Of a stretch of DNA of 64,000 nucleotides, positions 10,743-19,899 are shown one piece after another. The DNA is from Hyphomicrobiales bacterium (lineage in GTDB: Bacteria; Pseudomonadota; Alphaproteobacteria; Rhizobiales; OSC116): positions 10,231 through 74,230 of the forward strand of contig NVUH01000015.1 of NCBI GenBank assembly GCA_002401855.1. The letters are read 5' to 3'. Each line of letters opens with the position of its first letter. The stretch's first letter is position 1. Made by a program: the position numbers and the translations under genes. The notes below the pieces were generated by a model, which had not been told where the DNA came from, ran no database searches, and saw only the letters and a list, made by a program, of their open reading frames with translations.

Positions 10743-11216
10743 TTATATTTTTAGAACCACATATTGATTTTCGGTTGAAACTTCAAAAACCTCTATTTTA
10801 TACGGCCCTTCGTCACGCGCCCCTTCGGCAGGCACATTAACACCACTCTCAACATCAGCTCTAGCAATGGCCTCAGCTTCACTACCGTCAGAAACACTCA
10901 CCTCAAAGCTTTTAACCCGAATGCGTTTCGGATCAATATATGATTGCCCCGTCTTTAGATCAAATTCCCATCCATGCCACGGGCAACGCACCATAGGCCG
11001 ATCACTTTGGGTGAAATATTCACCCGGCCCATGGGCATCTATAAAAGCTGCGATGCGACCATTGCACAAATTCGCGCCTTCATGCGGGCATTTACTAGTG
11101 ATGGCCGCAAACCGGTCACCCAAATTAAACACCGCAATATCTCGCCCCTCCACACTAATATGTTTGGCTTTACCTTTTGGTATTTCATGTATTTCACAAA
11201 CAACATGTTGCCCCAT
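10743..11216 (-). CDS. Rieske [2Fe-2S] ferredoxin
   Basis: CPH and CPWH motifs. Confidence 0.92.
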   Translation of the reverse strand: MGQHVVCEIHEIPKGKAKHISVEGRDIAVFNLGDRFAAITSKCPHEGANLCNGRIAAFIDAHGPGEYFTQSDRPMVRCPWHGWEFDLKTGQSYIDPKRIRVKSFEVSVSDGSEAEAIARADVESGVNVPAEGARDEGPYKIEVFEVSTENQYVVLKI

Positions 11217-11227
11217 ATCTCTCTCCT

Positions 11228-12352
11228 TTATGTAAGCCCGTAAACCGAAATGGCATTATTACGCAAAATGCCTTGTTTTAGCTCAGGCGCAATTGGCACC
11301 CGAAAGGCGCGGTCAGGGTGATCAAAATCCCAATGCGGGTAATCGGTTGAGAATAATAATTTATCATGCCCAATCCATTCAAGCAGTGGCGTCATGTGGC
11401 GCACGTTAGGCGGCTCTTCTACAGGTTGAGTGGTCAACCAAATATTGTTTTTCACATATTCAGAGGGCTTTTTCTTCACATGCGGCACTTCGTCTTTCAT
11501 CCGCTCCCACTCTCTGTCCATTCTCCACATAAGCGGCGCAAGCCACCCAAACCCACCTTCAACCACAATCAGTTTAAGCTTTGGAAAGCGCTCAAACACC
11601 CCTTCAAAAATCATCGAAACAATCACCGTTTGGGCGGGGTTTGCAAAACCGCAATGTTCTTCCATATAAAATGAGCCCCAACCGCCAGAACCATTGGCAT
11701 GAGTGCCATAACCTGCGGTATGCACCCCAATCGGCAGGCCTAAAGCTTCCGCCGCTTCATAAATTGGCCAATAGCGCATGCGGCCCATAGATTCTATCGA
11801 GCGCGGCACCATCGCAATTTGTACAAAACGCTCATCATTGGCCATACGTTCAATTTCAGCAACAGAGCTTATGGCGTCATCTTGCGCCACGGCAATGCCA
11901 CCTTTTAACCGTGTATCTTTGGACAACCATTTATCGATTTGCCAGTCATTCACCGCCGTACAAACTGCCGCACCAAGTTCTAGGTTAACCGCAGCTGGCC
12001 CAGCATTAAGCGCATGCAATAAACCAAATTCAATATTAAGCGGGTCAAGCAATTGCTCCTGCATAAATGACAAACTAGATGCTGGCGCACCGCCTTCTGG
12101 TGGGTAGCTATCTTGTCGCATACCATGGCCCATGCGCGGATAGGGCAATGCACCAACAAACGGGTTAGAGGTGCGAATGCCGTAATCTTTAACATGCTCA
12201 CGCCATCTTAACGGCATAAATTTACCCAATTCATCCTTAGTGGTGAAACCAGGGTGAATGTCACAACATACAATGCCTAATTTGCCTTCGGTCGGTGTGT
12301 ATGTGGCTGGCTTAAAACCAGTTTTAGGTTTTTCTAAGGTTGTTTCACTCAT
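11228..12352 (-). CDS. Amidohydrolase-fold protein, putative catalytic subunit of a dinuclear oxygenase (AibH2-like)
   Basis: CDIH, GVH, YMEEH, EGG, STDYPHWD; next to Rieske and reductase genes. Confidence 0.8.
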   Translation of the reverse strand: MSETTLEKPKTGFKPATYTPTEGKLGIVCCDIHPGFTTKDELGKFMPLRWREHVKDYGIRTSNPFVGALPYPRMGHGMRQDSYPPEGGAPASSLSFMQEQLLDPLNIEFGLLHALNAGPAAVNLELGAAVCTAVNDWQIDKWLSKDTRLKGGIAVAQDDAISSVAEIERMANDERFVQIAMVPRSIESMGRMRYWPIYEAAEALGLPIGVHTAGYGTHANGSGGWGSFYMEEHCGFANPAQTVIVSMIFEGVFERFPKLKLIVVEGGFGWLAPLMWRMDREWERMKDEVPHVKKKPSEYVKNNIWLTTQPVEEPPNVRHMTPLLEWIGHDKLLFSTDYPHWDFDHPDRAFRVPIAPELKQGILRNNAISVYGLT

Positions 12353-12353
12353 A

Positions 12354-13442
12354 TCACACCTTCAATCTGGGGTAAGTTGCCAATATATTATCAATGCAGA
12401 TTTTTTGCACATGTTGGGTCGGTATAGCCGCTGGCCATGCCCCCAAAACATCTTTATAATCATGCGGGTAGTCGCTAGAATAAAGCAACATATCTGCCGA
12501 CCCAATACAGTCGATAACCATTTGGCCATCGTCAGGGTTTGGCGGTGCATCAAATGGGGCGATGGTCATCCGAATGCTGCGTTCAAGAATTTTTTCAGGG
12601 CTCTCATTAATCCACGGCATTTCAACCCGCACACCGCGCCAATCTTTGGCAATCCGCCAACTCAAACCAAAATACCAAGCGACACCCGTTTCGGCCATCA
12701 CAATTTTCATGTCAGAAAACTCGGTCATCACGCCTTCGGTCAGCAAACTAGTCATTTGGCTGCCAAAACTCTGCACCCAACTAACCTGTTGTTCAACTAG
12801 ATATGATGGGTAACCCGAAGCTGTCGGTGAATGACGATAAGCACTAGCCGGGTGGATTGATAAGGCCATGCCAGCATCAGATGCGGCTTTATATATCGGC
12901 CAATACATACGTTTTCCCAACGGGTTTTCACCACCTGTAATGGCTAATATTTGCACAAAACGCGAGTCATTGGCATATTTCTGAATCTCCTCTACCGCTT
13001 TTTCTGGATATTGAAACGGCACCACCAATGAAGCGCGCAACCGCGGCTCTTTGTCCAACCATTCAGCCACAATCCATTTATTAATAGCTTGGCACATTGC
13101 GGTTGCCAAATAGGGGTCATAAATAGCCTGCGCGGCGTTAACAACGCTAACAATCGCTGCGCTCAATTGTAGCGGGTCAAGTAGGTTTTCTGCCAATTCC
13201 TTAGGGCTCTGTGCCCCGCCACCAACCGCGCCCGCACGGTTAAAATGTCGGCTCATATGCGGTGCAGATGTAAGTTCCATTTCATCAATGCCCCTATAAG
13301 GGAACATATCTTGCCAATAATCATCCAGAAAAGGCATTAAATCAGCTTGATTGGGGCTGCGAATATGCACATCGCAATCAATAGCGCCAATGCCAACAAT
13401 CGGGTTTTGATTGTCCATTATACTGTCTAATGTAGTTGTCAT
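12354..13442 (-). CDS. Amidohydrolase-fold protein, putative partner subunit (AibH1-like)
   Basis: DCDVH, SIHP, SSDYPHD; EEH replaced by EQQ; its stop is 1 nt from the paralog's start. Confidence 0.8.
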   Translation of the reverse strand: MTTTLDSIMDNQNPIVGIGAIDCDVHIRSPNQADLMPFLDDYWQDMFPYRGIDEMELTSAPHMSRHFNRAGAVGGGAQSPKELAENLLDPLQLSAAIVSVVNAAQAIYDPYLATAMCQAINKWIVAEWLDKEPRLRASLVVPFQYPEKAVEEIQKYANDSRFVQILAITGGENPLGKRMYWPIYKAASDAGMALSIHPASAYRHSPTASGYPSYLVEQQVSWVQSFGSQMTSLLTEGVMTEFSDMKIVMAETGVAWYFGLSWRIAKDWRGVRVEMPWINESPEKILERSIRMTIAPFDAPPNPDDGQMVIDCIGSADMLLYSSDYPHDYKDVLGAWPAAIPTQHVQKICIDNILATYPRLKV

Positions 13443-13470
13443 ATTATTTTCTCCACTGAGTAAAGTATGA

Positions 13471-15462
13471 TCATGAATTCATAAAAAATGCTGGCACGAA
13501 CGGTGTGTGCAAAATCTGGTCGTATAGGCCGAACAAAACCAAAGAAATGCCAGCGCAATAGATCAAAATAATCTTCCAATTAAATTTACCCCAAAAAACC
13601 ATATACACTGCTGCAAAGCCAACAATTGCGGCAAAAGTACCGATCCACGGGGTGAGCACCGCCATGACAAACATGGCAATAAATGTATTCACTTGCAGTT
13701 GGTTGGCTTTTACAAACTCAGCAAACGTACCACCAGCCGTCACGTCACCAGCTTTACGGGCAATGGCGAATTCACGCAATCGGCCCCAATCATCCACCAC
13801 CACCAACGCCACCATTATGATGCCAAAAATAGCCACGGTAATCGGGAACACTTTGGTCAACATGCTCCAGTCGACCGCCATCCAAATCGCCACTGCAAAC
13901 ACCACAAAAATGCCAATTGCCATGCCTGATGAAAGATACAAACTGTCTCTTGAAACTTCAGTATCCTCCACATCAAAGTCCGAATTTTTTTTGCGTGCCG
14001 CACGAATGGCAAAAAATAAGACACCCAATACAATCAAACCAAGCACAATAACCGTCGGGCGAGAAATCACCTCAGTGAATGTATAAGCCTGATAAGTGAT
14101 AGACAAAGCGTCTTCCATAATCGGGCCCAAAACAAAACCTAAAATTAATGGTGGCCTTGGCCAACCGCCAACCTTCATCATGTAGCCCAAAAGCCCAACG
14201 CCCAACAAAACACCCCACGTAAACATGTCAGGCGACCATAACCAAGAGCCCATAAAAATAAACATAATCACCGCAGGTACAATATAATTACCGTTAATAA
14301 ACGCCACTTTCGCCACCTGTTTGCCCCACAACATCAGCACCGCTGCGCCAATAATATTGGCAATAATAATGGTCCACACCATGCTAAACGTCACATCTAG
14401 ATTTTCGCCTAGCATGTTGCGGCCAGGAGTAAAACCATGAATGGTCAAGGCACCTAACAGAACTGCCATAGCGCCACTACCTGGAATGCCAAACGCCACA
14501 GTTGGTATGAGCGAGCCGCCCAAAACAGCATTATTGGCCGATTCTGGCGCAATCACACCACGCACATCACCTTTGCCAAATTCAGATTTGTCATCGGCAC
14601 TTTGCACCGCATGGCCATAAGCCAACCAGTCAACAACCGCAGAGCCAATGCCGGGCAACATGCCAATATATACACCTAATAATGAGCAGCGAATAACCAG
14701 CCATTTATGCTTTATAGCCAAACGAATGCCGTGCATAATACTGTCATTTTCAGCGCGCTTGTCGTCAATATGGGCGATAGCTGAACGCCGTGCGGCCAAA
14801 TCCATCATTTCAGGTATGCCAAACAGGCCAAGCACAATCGGCACCAACGGCAAACCATCAAGTAACGAAATATTACCAAACCAATAACGCGGCGAATCGC
14901 CAGCAATGGGGTAGCCAATTTGTGACAATAAAAGGCCAAGTGAAGCCGCTGCAATGCCTTTAGACACTGCATTGCCGCTCACCGCACCAACCATAATAAG
15001 CCCCAATAAAGCCAACAGAAAAAACTCAGGCGAACCAAACGCCAAAATAATAAAAATCGCAATGGGCAAAGATATGGCCATTGCCAAACCACCCAACACA
15101 CCACCAAACGCCGAGCAAGCAAACGCCGCACCAAATGCAGTTTGTGACAAGCCGCGCTTGGCCATGGCGTGGCCATCTATAACCGTAGCCTGCGAGGCTA
15201 TTGTGCCAGGAATGCCCAACATAACAGATGTGATAGTGTCACTGGTGGCAACCACCGCAAACATGCCAAGTAACATGGCCAAAGCCGCCGCTGGGTCCAT
15301 CCCAAAGGTAAACGGCAACAGCACCACCATGCCGGTCACGCCGCCTAAACCAGGCACAACACCTAGCCATAACCCAAGGGCGATTCCGCCCAATAGGTAA
15401 TAAATATTAGGAACAGAAATAATGAGTTGTAACCCATCGAAAAAAGTTTCGAGCATTTGCAA
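13471..15462 (-). CDS. tctA: Tripartite tricarboxylate transporter TctA with fused C-terminal TctB-like domain
   Basis: G..PGLGG, GIPG, GVIAPESANNA, PLILGFVLG; about 160 extra hydrophobic residues at the C-terminus. Confidence 0.85.
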   Translation of the reverse strand: MQMLETFFDGLQLIISVPNIYYLLGGIALGLWLGVVPGLGGVTGMVVLLPFTFGMDPAAALAMLLGMFAVVATSDTITSVMLGIPGTIASQATVIDGHAMAKRGLSQTAFGAAFACSAFGGVLGGLAMAISLPIAIFIILAFGSPEFFLLALLGLIMVGAVSGNAVSKGIAAASLGLLLSQIGYPIAGDSPRYWFGNISLLDGLPLVPIVLGLFGIPEMMDLAARRSAIAHIDDKRAENDSIMHGIRLAIKHKWLVIRCSLLGVYIGMLPGIGSAVVDWLAYGHAVQSADDKSEFGKGDVRGVIAPESANNAVLGGSLIPTVAFGIPGSGAMAVLLGALTIHGFTPGRNMLGENLDVTFSMVWTIIIANIIGAAVLMLWGKQVAKVAFINGNYIVPAVIMFIFMGSWLWSPDMFTWGVLLGVGLLGYMMKVGGWPRPPLILGFVLGPIMEDALSITYQAYTFTEVISRPTVIVLGLIVLGVLFFAIRAARKKNSDFDVEDTEVSRDSLYLSSGMAIGIFVVFAVAIWMAVDWSMLTKVFPITVAIFGIIMVALVVVDDWGRLREFAIARKAGDVTAGGTFAEFVKANQLQVNTFIAMFVMAVLTPWIGTFAAIVGFAAVYMVFWGKFNWKIILIYCAGISLVLFGLYDQILHTPFVPAFFMNS

Positions 15463-15485
15463 TTAGCCTAAATATACTGATAAGT

Positions 15486-15529
15486 TAAAAAAACCGCCGA
15501 TACCCCGATATAGAAATTGGGCATCGGCG
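15486..15529 (-). terminator. Intrinsic terminator-like hairpin after tctC
   Basis: cgccgat...atcggcg stem followed by a U tract on the minus strand. Confidence 0.55.
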
Positions 15530-15545
15530 CTAAGTCGTACTAGGA

Positions 15546-16649
15546 CTAACCTTTTAGACGGCCGATATAACCACGAAGGATATCTTTCATTTCCTCAGAA
15601 GTGTTCTGTACGTCATTGACTTTATCAATAATGCCTTGGCCTCTAGTTATCAGTGGAGCCGTACCAAATAATTTAGTGGCTTCCGCAATATAACCAGGGT
15701 CAGTAACCGCAGCTTCAAAACCATCACGTAATGTTTTAAGCGTATCAGCAGGCGTACCTTCTGGCGCAAAAATCAACCAAACAACAGGCTCATGATTTGT
15801 GCCGTTAAATTTAATCAAATCCCAAGCAGGGCCAGATGGCTCTTTGCCAGTTGCATTGCGATAAAATTCATCAAATGATACAGCAACATCGCCATAAGCA
15901 TCGGTTTTAATAATGCCAGTACCCGCTTCATTTGGATGTCCCAAATAGAATAATGGCAACACTTCGCCATCTTTCACCACGCCGTCTTTGAGCTGGGTGC
16001 GGAAATAGCTGGCAGTTGACATACCGGCATCAATTTCACCACGCAATAGCGCGGCATTAATTTTGGTATCACCAAAAAAACCAGATACAAATGACCATTC
16101 CATGCCCAACATATCAAACGCCGCAGCAAATGACATAGATGGCATAGATTTCACGGTGTAACCACCAAATTTAATTTTGCCTAATTTCACAAAATCTTCA
16201 GCATTTTTAACACCAGAACCAGTGTCTGTACGCACGCTAATCATTTGGCTTGTGCCACCAACCCCGCCAATAAGGCCGAGTTTTTGAAACTCAATTTGCA
16301 AAGCAGGCTCATCTAGAATACGGGTAGAGCCACTCCATGCCACATAACCCAAGGTTGTGCCGTCAGCTTTTGAATTCATAGCGGCGTGTATGCCTTTAGT
16401 CAAAGCCCCACCAGGTACAGATTGCACAACCATAGTCGGCGAACCCTCAATGGCTTTTGACCAATAATTGGCTAATATTTGCGACCCCAGGCCAGTCGAA
16501 CCACCTGGTGACGCATTATGGATAATGGTAATGGTTTTACCTGCCATAGATTCAGCCGAAGCTGATAATGGTTGCAATGCCATTAAAGCGGCAAAGCCCA
16601 CCCCTGCAAAAACCCGCGCTGTTTTGGCGAATAAATTCATATGTTTCAT
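15546..16649 (-). CDS. Divergent TctC/Bug-type periplasmic binding protein
   Basis: Signal peptide, SPGGST, VPGG, ALLRGEIDA, P.GTP motifs; upstream of tctA. Confidence 0.8.
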   Translation of the reverse strand: MKHMNLFAKTARVFAGVGFAALMALQPLSASAESMAGKTITIIHNASPGGSTGLGSQILANYWSKAIEGSPTMVVQSVPGGALTKGIHAAMNSKADGTTLGYVAWSGSTRILDEPALQIEFQKLGLIGGVGGTSQMISVRTDTGSGVKNAEDFVKLGKIKFGGYTVKSMPSMSFAAAFDMLGMEWSFVSGFFGDTKINAALLRGEIDAGMSTASYFRTQLKDGVVKDGEVLPLFYLGHPNEAGTGIIKTDAYGDVAVSFDEFYRNATGKEPSGPAWDLIKFNGTNHEPVVWLIFAPEGTPADTLKTLRDGFEAAVTDPGYIAEATKLFGTAPLITRGQGIIDKVNDVQNTSEEMKDILRGYIGRLKG

Positions 16650-16668
16650 ATAATTCCTCCCTTTAGAA

Positions 16669-17523
16669 TTGTATACAAAGTTATTTTATTCATTTACGCG
16701 ATATGGTAGTTTTTCATTGATGCAAATCAAAACGTAAGAAAATATCCCAATTTCCCTTGTGAAAATGCCAAATTTCGATAATTATACAGGCATATCCCCC
16801 TTTTTTTGAAATTACTTAGCTTCATAGATTGGCTAAACATTATCATATCACGCATAATGTATACAATATGTTGTCATATATGGCAAGTGATAACTAGACC
16901 AATTATAATTTACATATATAGCATTGATATATAAGGTAAAAAAAATTAATGTGTTTACAGATATATAACAATATGGGCAGCATATTGACCCAATACACCT
17001 ATCAAAATTGCGTATATAATGAATATTTTTAAAGAAAATAATATTTTTCGCCAAAATATATAATTTATGCTTCAATTAGCAATTGCTTAAGGTAGGTTTA
17101 CCACCAACCCATCCAATTCATCAGATGCTATTATTTGGCAGGAAAGCCGACTAGATTCAAGCCTTTCATCCTCAGCAATGTCAAGCATATCGTCTTCAAA
17201 TGGGCTGGGTTCGCCCACCGCTTCGCGCCATTCTTCAGTTATATATATATGGCATGTGGCACAAGACAAATTACCGCCGCACTCACCTACAATGTTTGGC
17301 ACTTGGTTTAAAATGGCGGCCTCCATTAAATTTGTACCATTTTCCACATCAGCAGCAATTTCATCACTTTCGGATATTTTCCAAGTTATTTTCATAATTC
17401 CACCTCCAAATTCAAGCCTATCCCCATTTAACACGATATTAAGTGTATACAATAATATTGATATTCGCATATTTAATGGGTGTCAAGTAGGATATTTGCG
17501 TATAAATACCTTATATGTATACA
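16669..17523. promoter_or_regulatory. Four TGTATACA palindromes (candidate GntR operators)
   Basis: Copies at 16670, 16858, 17444 and 17516, all upstream of tctC or the ferredoxin gene. Confidence 0.6.
17087..17395 (-). CDS. 2Fe-2S ferredoxin, putidaredoxin/adrenodoxin type
   Basis: CGGNLSCATCH and SRLSCQ; RBS ggaggt before ATG 17395. Confidence 0.92.
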   Translation of the reverse strand: MKITWKISESDEIAADVENGTNLMEAAILNQVPNIVGECGGNLSCATCHIYITEEWREAVGEPSPFEDDMLDIAEDERLESSRLSCQIIASDELDGLVVNLP

Positions 17524-18094
17524 TAGAACATCATGATAAAAATGGCTAAGCCCTATCTGGTTATTCCGAAAAACGCCTTTCTTCAGAGGCATTGCATGAC
17601 AAAGTTGAAAAATCATAAATGTCTGATTTGTTCCATAGCCAGATGCATGCGACATAACGCCTCTACGACAAATTTTACCTGTATTCCATGTGCCTTTTGT
17701 TCTAAAATTATTGTGTAAATTTAAAGGGTGAAAATGATGGAAATATTTCGATAGTAGCCATATCTATAATAGCTTATCAAATGCAGCAGAGACCATTATT
17801 ATCAGTGAAGCATGACTACGCATTCCCCCCAACAAGTTGGAGCTCAAAAGGTAGAATTACATAACCATAATTATGGATGAAGGCATTATGTGTATACGCA
17901 AAGTTAAAACCATTGACGTCCCTACAAACGCCATGCAAAGCTTTCACCCACATGGTTATCATTTAGTGATGTTTAAACTCGACCCAGTATTATTTGCTAT
18001 TGATAAAATACTTGAAGTTGAACTTCTTTTTGACAATGCCTAAAACAAAATAATTTGGCTCGCAAACACTTAACCTCACATTGGGAATAAAATA

Positions 18095-18523
18095 TTGAAT
18101 TTCAATAGAAATTTAAAATTTAAAATATTTAACACACGGTTTCACCGTGCATCCTATGTTGTGGTTATATTTATACTATTGCAAACATTTCTACCGTTTT
18201 GGGTTTCAGCGAATACCAGCAGTGAATCCCATATTGTAAATTCAGAAAACATTATAATCATTTGCTCTGGTAATGAACTAGTATATTTAGCGCTAAATAA
18301 AAATGGTGACTTTTCAAAAATTGAAGCACCTGGGGAAGCTCCCACCCAATTACAAATCATTCATTGCGATTCCTGTGTTTTCTCCGATGCCACATTTATA
18401 CCAATTGACAAACCGTTCAATTATTTACCACCCTTAGATGCACATAGGCACCCTATTCTGTCAGGAAAATCGCCTTTAAACTTACACAAATACCGCCCAC
18501 CACTTCGCGCGCCTCCTGCCTAA
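18095..18523 (+). CDS. DUF2946/CruR-like protein (CxxC and C-terminal RAPP)
   Basis: N-terminal hydrophobic segment, IICSG, HCDSC, Pro-rich tail ending LRAPPA. Confidence 0.7.
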   Translation: MNFNRNLKFKIFNTRFHRASYVVVIFILLQTFLPFWVSANTSSESHIVNSENIIIICSGNELVYLALNKNGDFSKIEAPGEAPTQLQIIHCDSCVFSDATFIPIDKPFNYLPPLDAHRHPILSGKSPLNLHKYRPPLRAPPA

Positions 18524-18680
18524 TTTAAAACACCCCAAATCATTTATCTCTATCAAAAGCCATTAAAAGGTCTCCGATACAAGATGTTGTCGAACAGTTA
18601 TTCGCATCTTATTTTTGATAAATTTCATCATAAAATTTCTAACTAACAAAGGTTGCGTGTTCTCGCGCAAGACCAAAATT

Positions 18681-19448
18681 ATGAAAATACTAATATCTTT
18701 ATTACTGCTTCTTATATCACAGACAGTACAAGCCGAAACCAAACAGCCAATGCATAATATGAATAGCCATGATATGAAAATGGATCACATCGCCAAGTCG
18801 GCCACAAACACCAAGCAAATAAATATTGCTGTTTTAATCTATGATGGCGTCGTTCTTCAAGATTTTACGGGCCCCATTGAGGTTTTTTCAAAAGCCAAGA
18901 GATTGACCAAAGGTAAGTACAACCTTTTCACAATCGCTCAAGATGATGAAGCAATCTCAACCGAAAATGGCTTTCTAAAAGTTACACCAGACTATTCATT
19001 TTCAAACATGCCTGAAGCGGATTATTTAATCATTCCAGGTGGAAGTATGCCTGTTGTTAATGAAATGATGAAAAAGCAAAACATCATCGACTTTATAAAA
19101 GCATATGACAAAAAACATACCAAAATCGTGTCTATTTGTACAGGCTCATACCTTTTGGCCAATACTGGTTTATTACAGGGTAAAAAAGCAACAACCCATT
19201 ATTTTGTTGCAGATGATTTTTCAAAATTATTTGATGACATTGAAATTATCAAGGACGTTCGATTTGTCGACGAAGGGCAATATATCACTTCTTCTGGTGT
19301 TACATCAGGGATCGATACTGCACTGTATATAGTGGGTCAAAATAGTGGGGTGAACATACAAAATATGATTTCACGCGCATTACAATATACTTTTCATGAA
19401 AAAGAAACCTGGCCTGTTGCACCAAATGGAATGAAATACAGACGGTAG
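18681..19448 (+). CDS. Secreted DJ-1/PfpI family protein (InhA-like) with Met/His-rich N-terminus
   Basis: Signal peptide MKILISLLLLLISQTVQA, MHNMNSHDMKMDH, DFTGPIEVF, PGG, SICTG, ATTH, SSGVTSGID. Confidence 0.85.
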   Translation: MKILISLLLLLISQTVQAETKQPMHNMNSHDMKMDHIAKSATNTKQINIAVLIYDGVVLQDFTGPIEVFSKAKRLTKGKYNLFTIAQDDEAISTENGFLKVTPDYSFSNMPEADYLIIPGGSMPVVNEMMKKQNIIDFIKAYDKKHTKIVSICTGSYLLANTGLLQGKKATTHYFVADDFSKLFDDIEIIKDVRFVDEGQYITSSGVTSGIDTALYIVGQNSGVNIQNMISRALQYTFHEKETWPVAPNGMKYRR

Positions 19449-19487
19449 TGTTGCAATTAAACCTAAAAAATAAATAAGACAAGCGCA

Positions 19488-19514
19488 TGACTAGTGGGCA
19501 ACGCTCGCTAGTCA
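19488..19514 (+). terminator. Hairpin downstream of the DJ-1 gene
   Basis: tgactagtgggc-aac-gctcgctagtca. Confidence 0.45.
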
Positions 19515-19628
19515 AACAAGGACAAAATATTGCTTATAAAAAACTTAATTCAAATTAACTTCTAATCTTGCCTAGCTGAAGTCCCCCATTCAAGCATGAA
19601 GTCTTATAAGTAGAACTTATTATGACAC

Positions 19629-19735
19629 CCCCCTCCCAAACAGAAAAAAAGTCCCACAATGTGAGGCTGCGTTTATTGTAATGATTGTAGTTTATTGTTA
19701 TCTGTTTGGGAGGGGGCTCACAACCTTCATAACTT
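19629..19735. repeat. 16-bp inverted repeat overlapping an att-like scar
   Basis: ccccctcccaaacaga (19629-19644) / tctgtttgggaggggg (19701-19716); internal and flanking sequence resembles 49021-49087. Confidence 0.6.
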
Positions 19736-19899
19736 ACACATCCCTTCCACCAAGGTTAGTTTTTCAAAACCACCCTTGTCAGCCGCTTTTGCAAACTGGC
19801 ATTCTACAAATGCATAATACGCATCTTTAAATTAAAATTCTAATGTCAAATAATTCCATACCTAGTGCACTTAAATGGGTGGGTTGGCATAACCGTAGA

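Noticed and set aside
16848-17075. 75-aa Ile/Tyr-rich ORF
   Set aside because: Very AT-rich promoter region carrying operator boxes; composition looks non-coding
17530-18000. Possible decayed gene (weak LysR-like C-terminus on the minus strand)
   Set aside because: Too degraded to assign by eye
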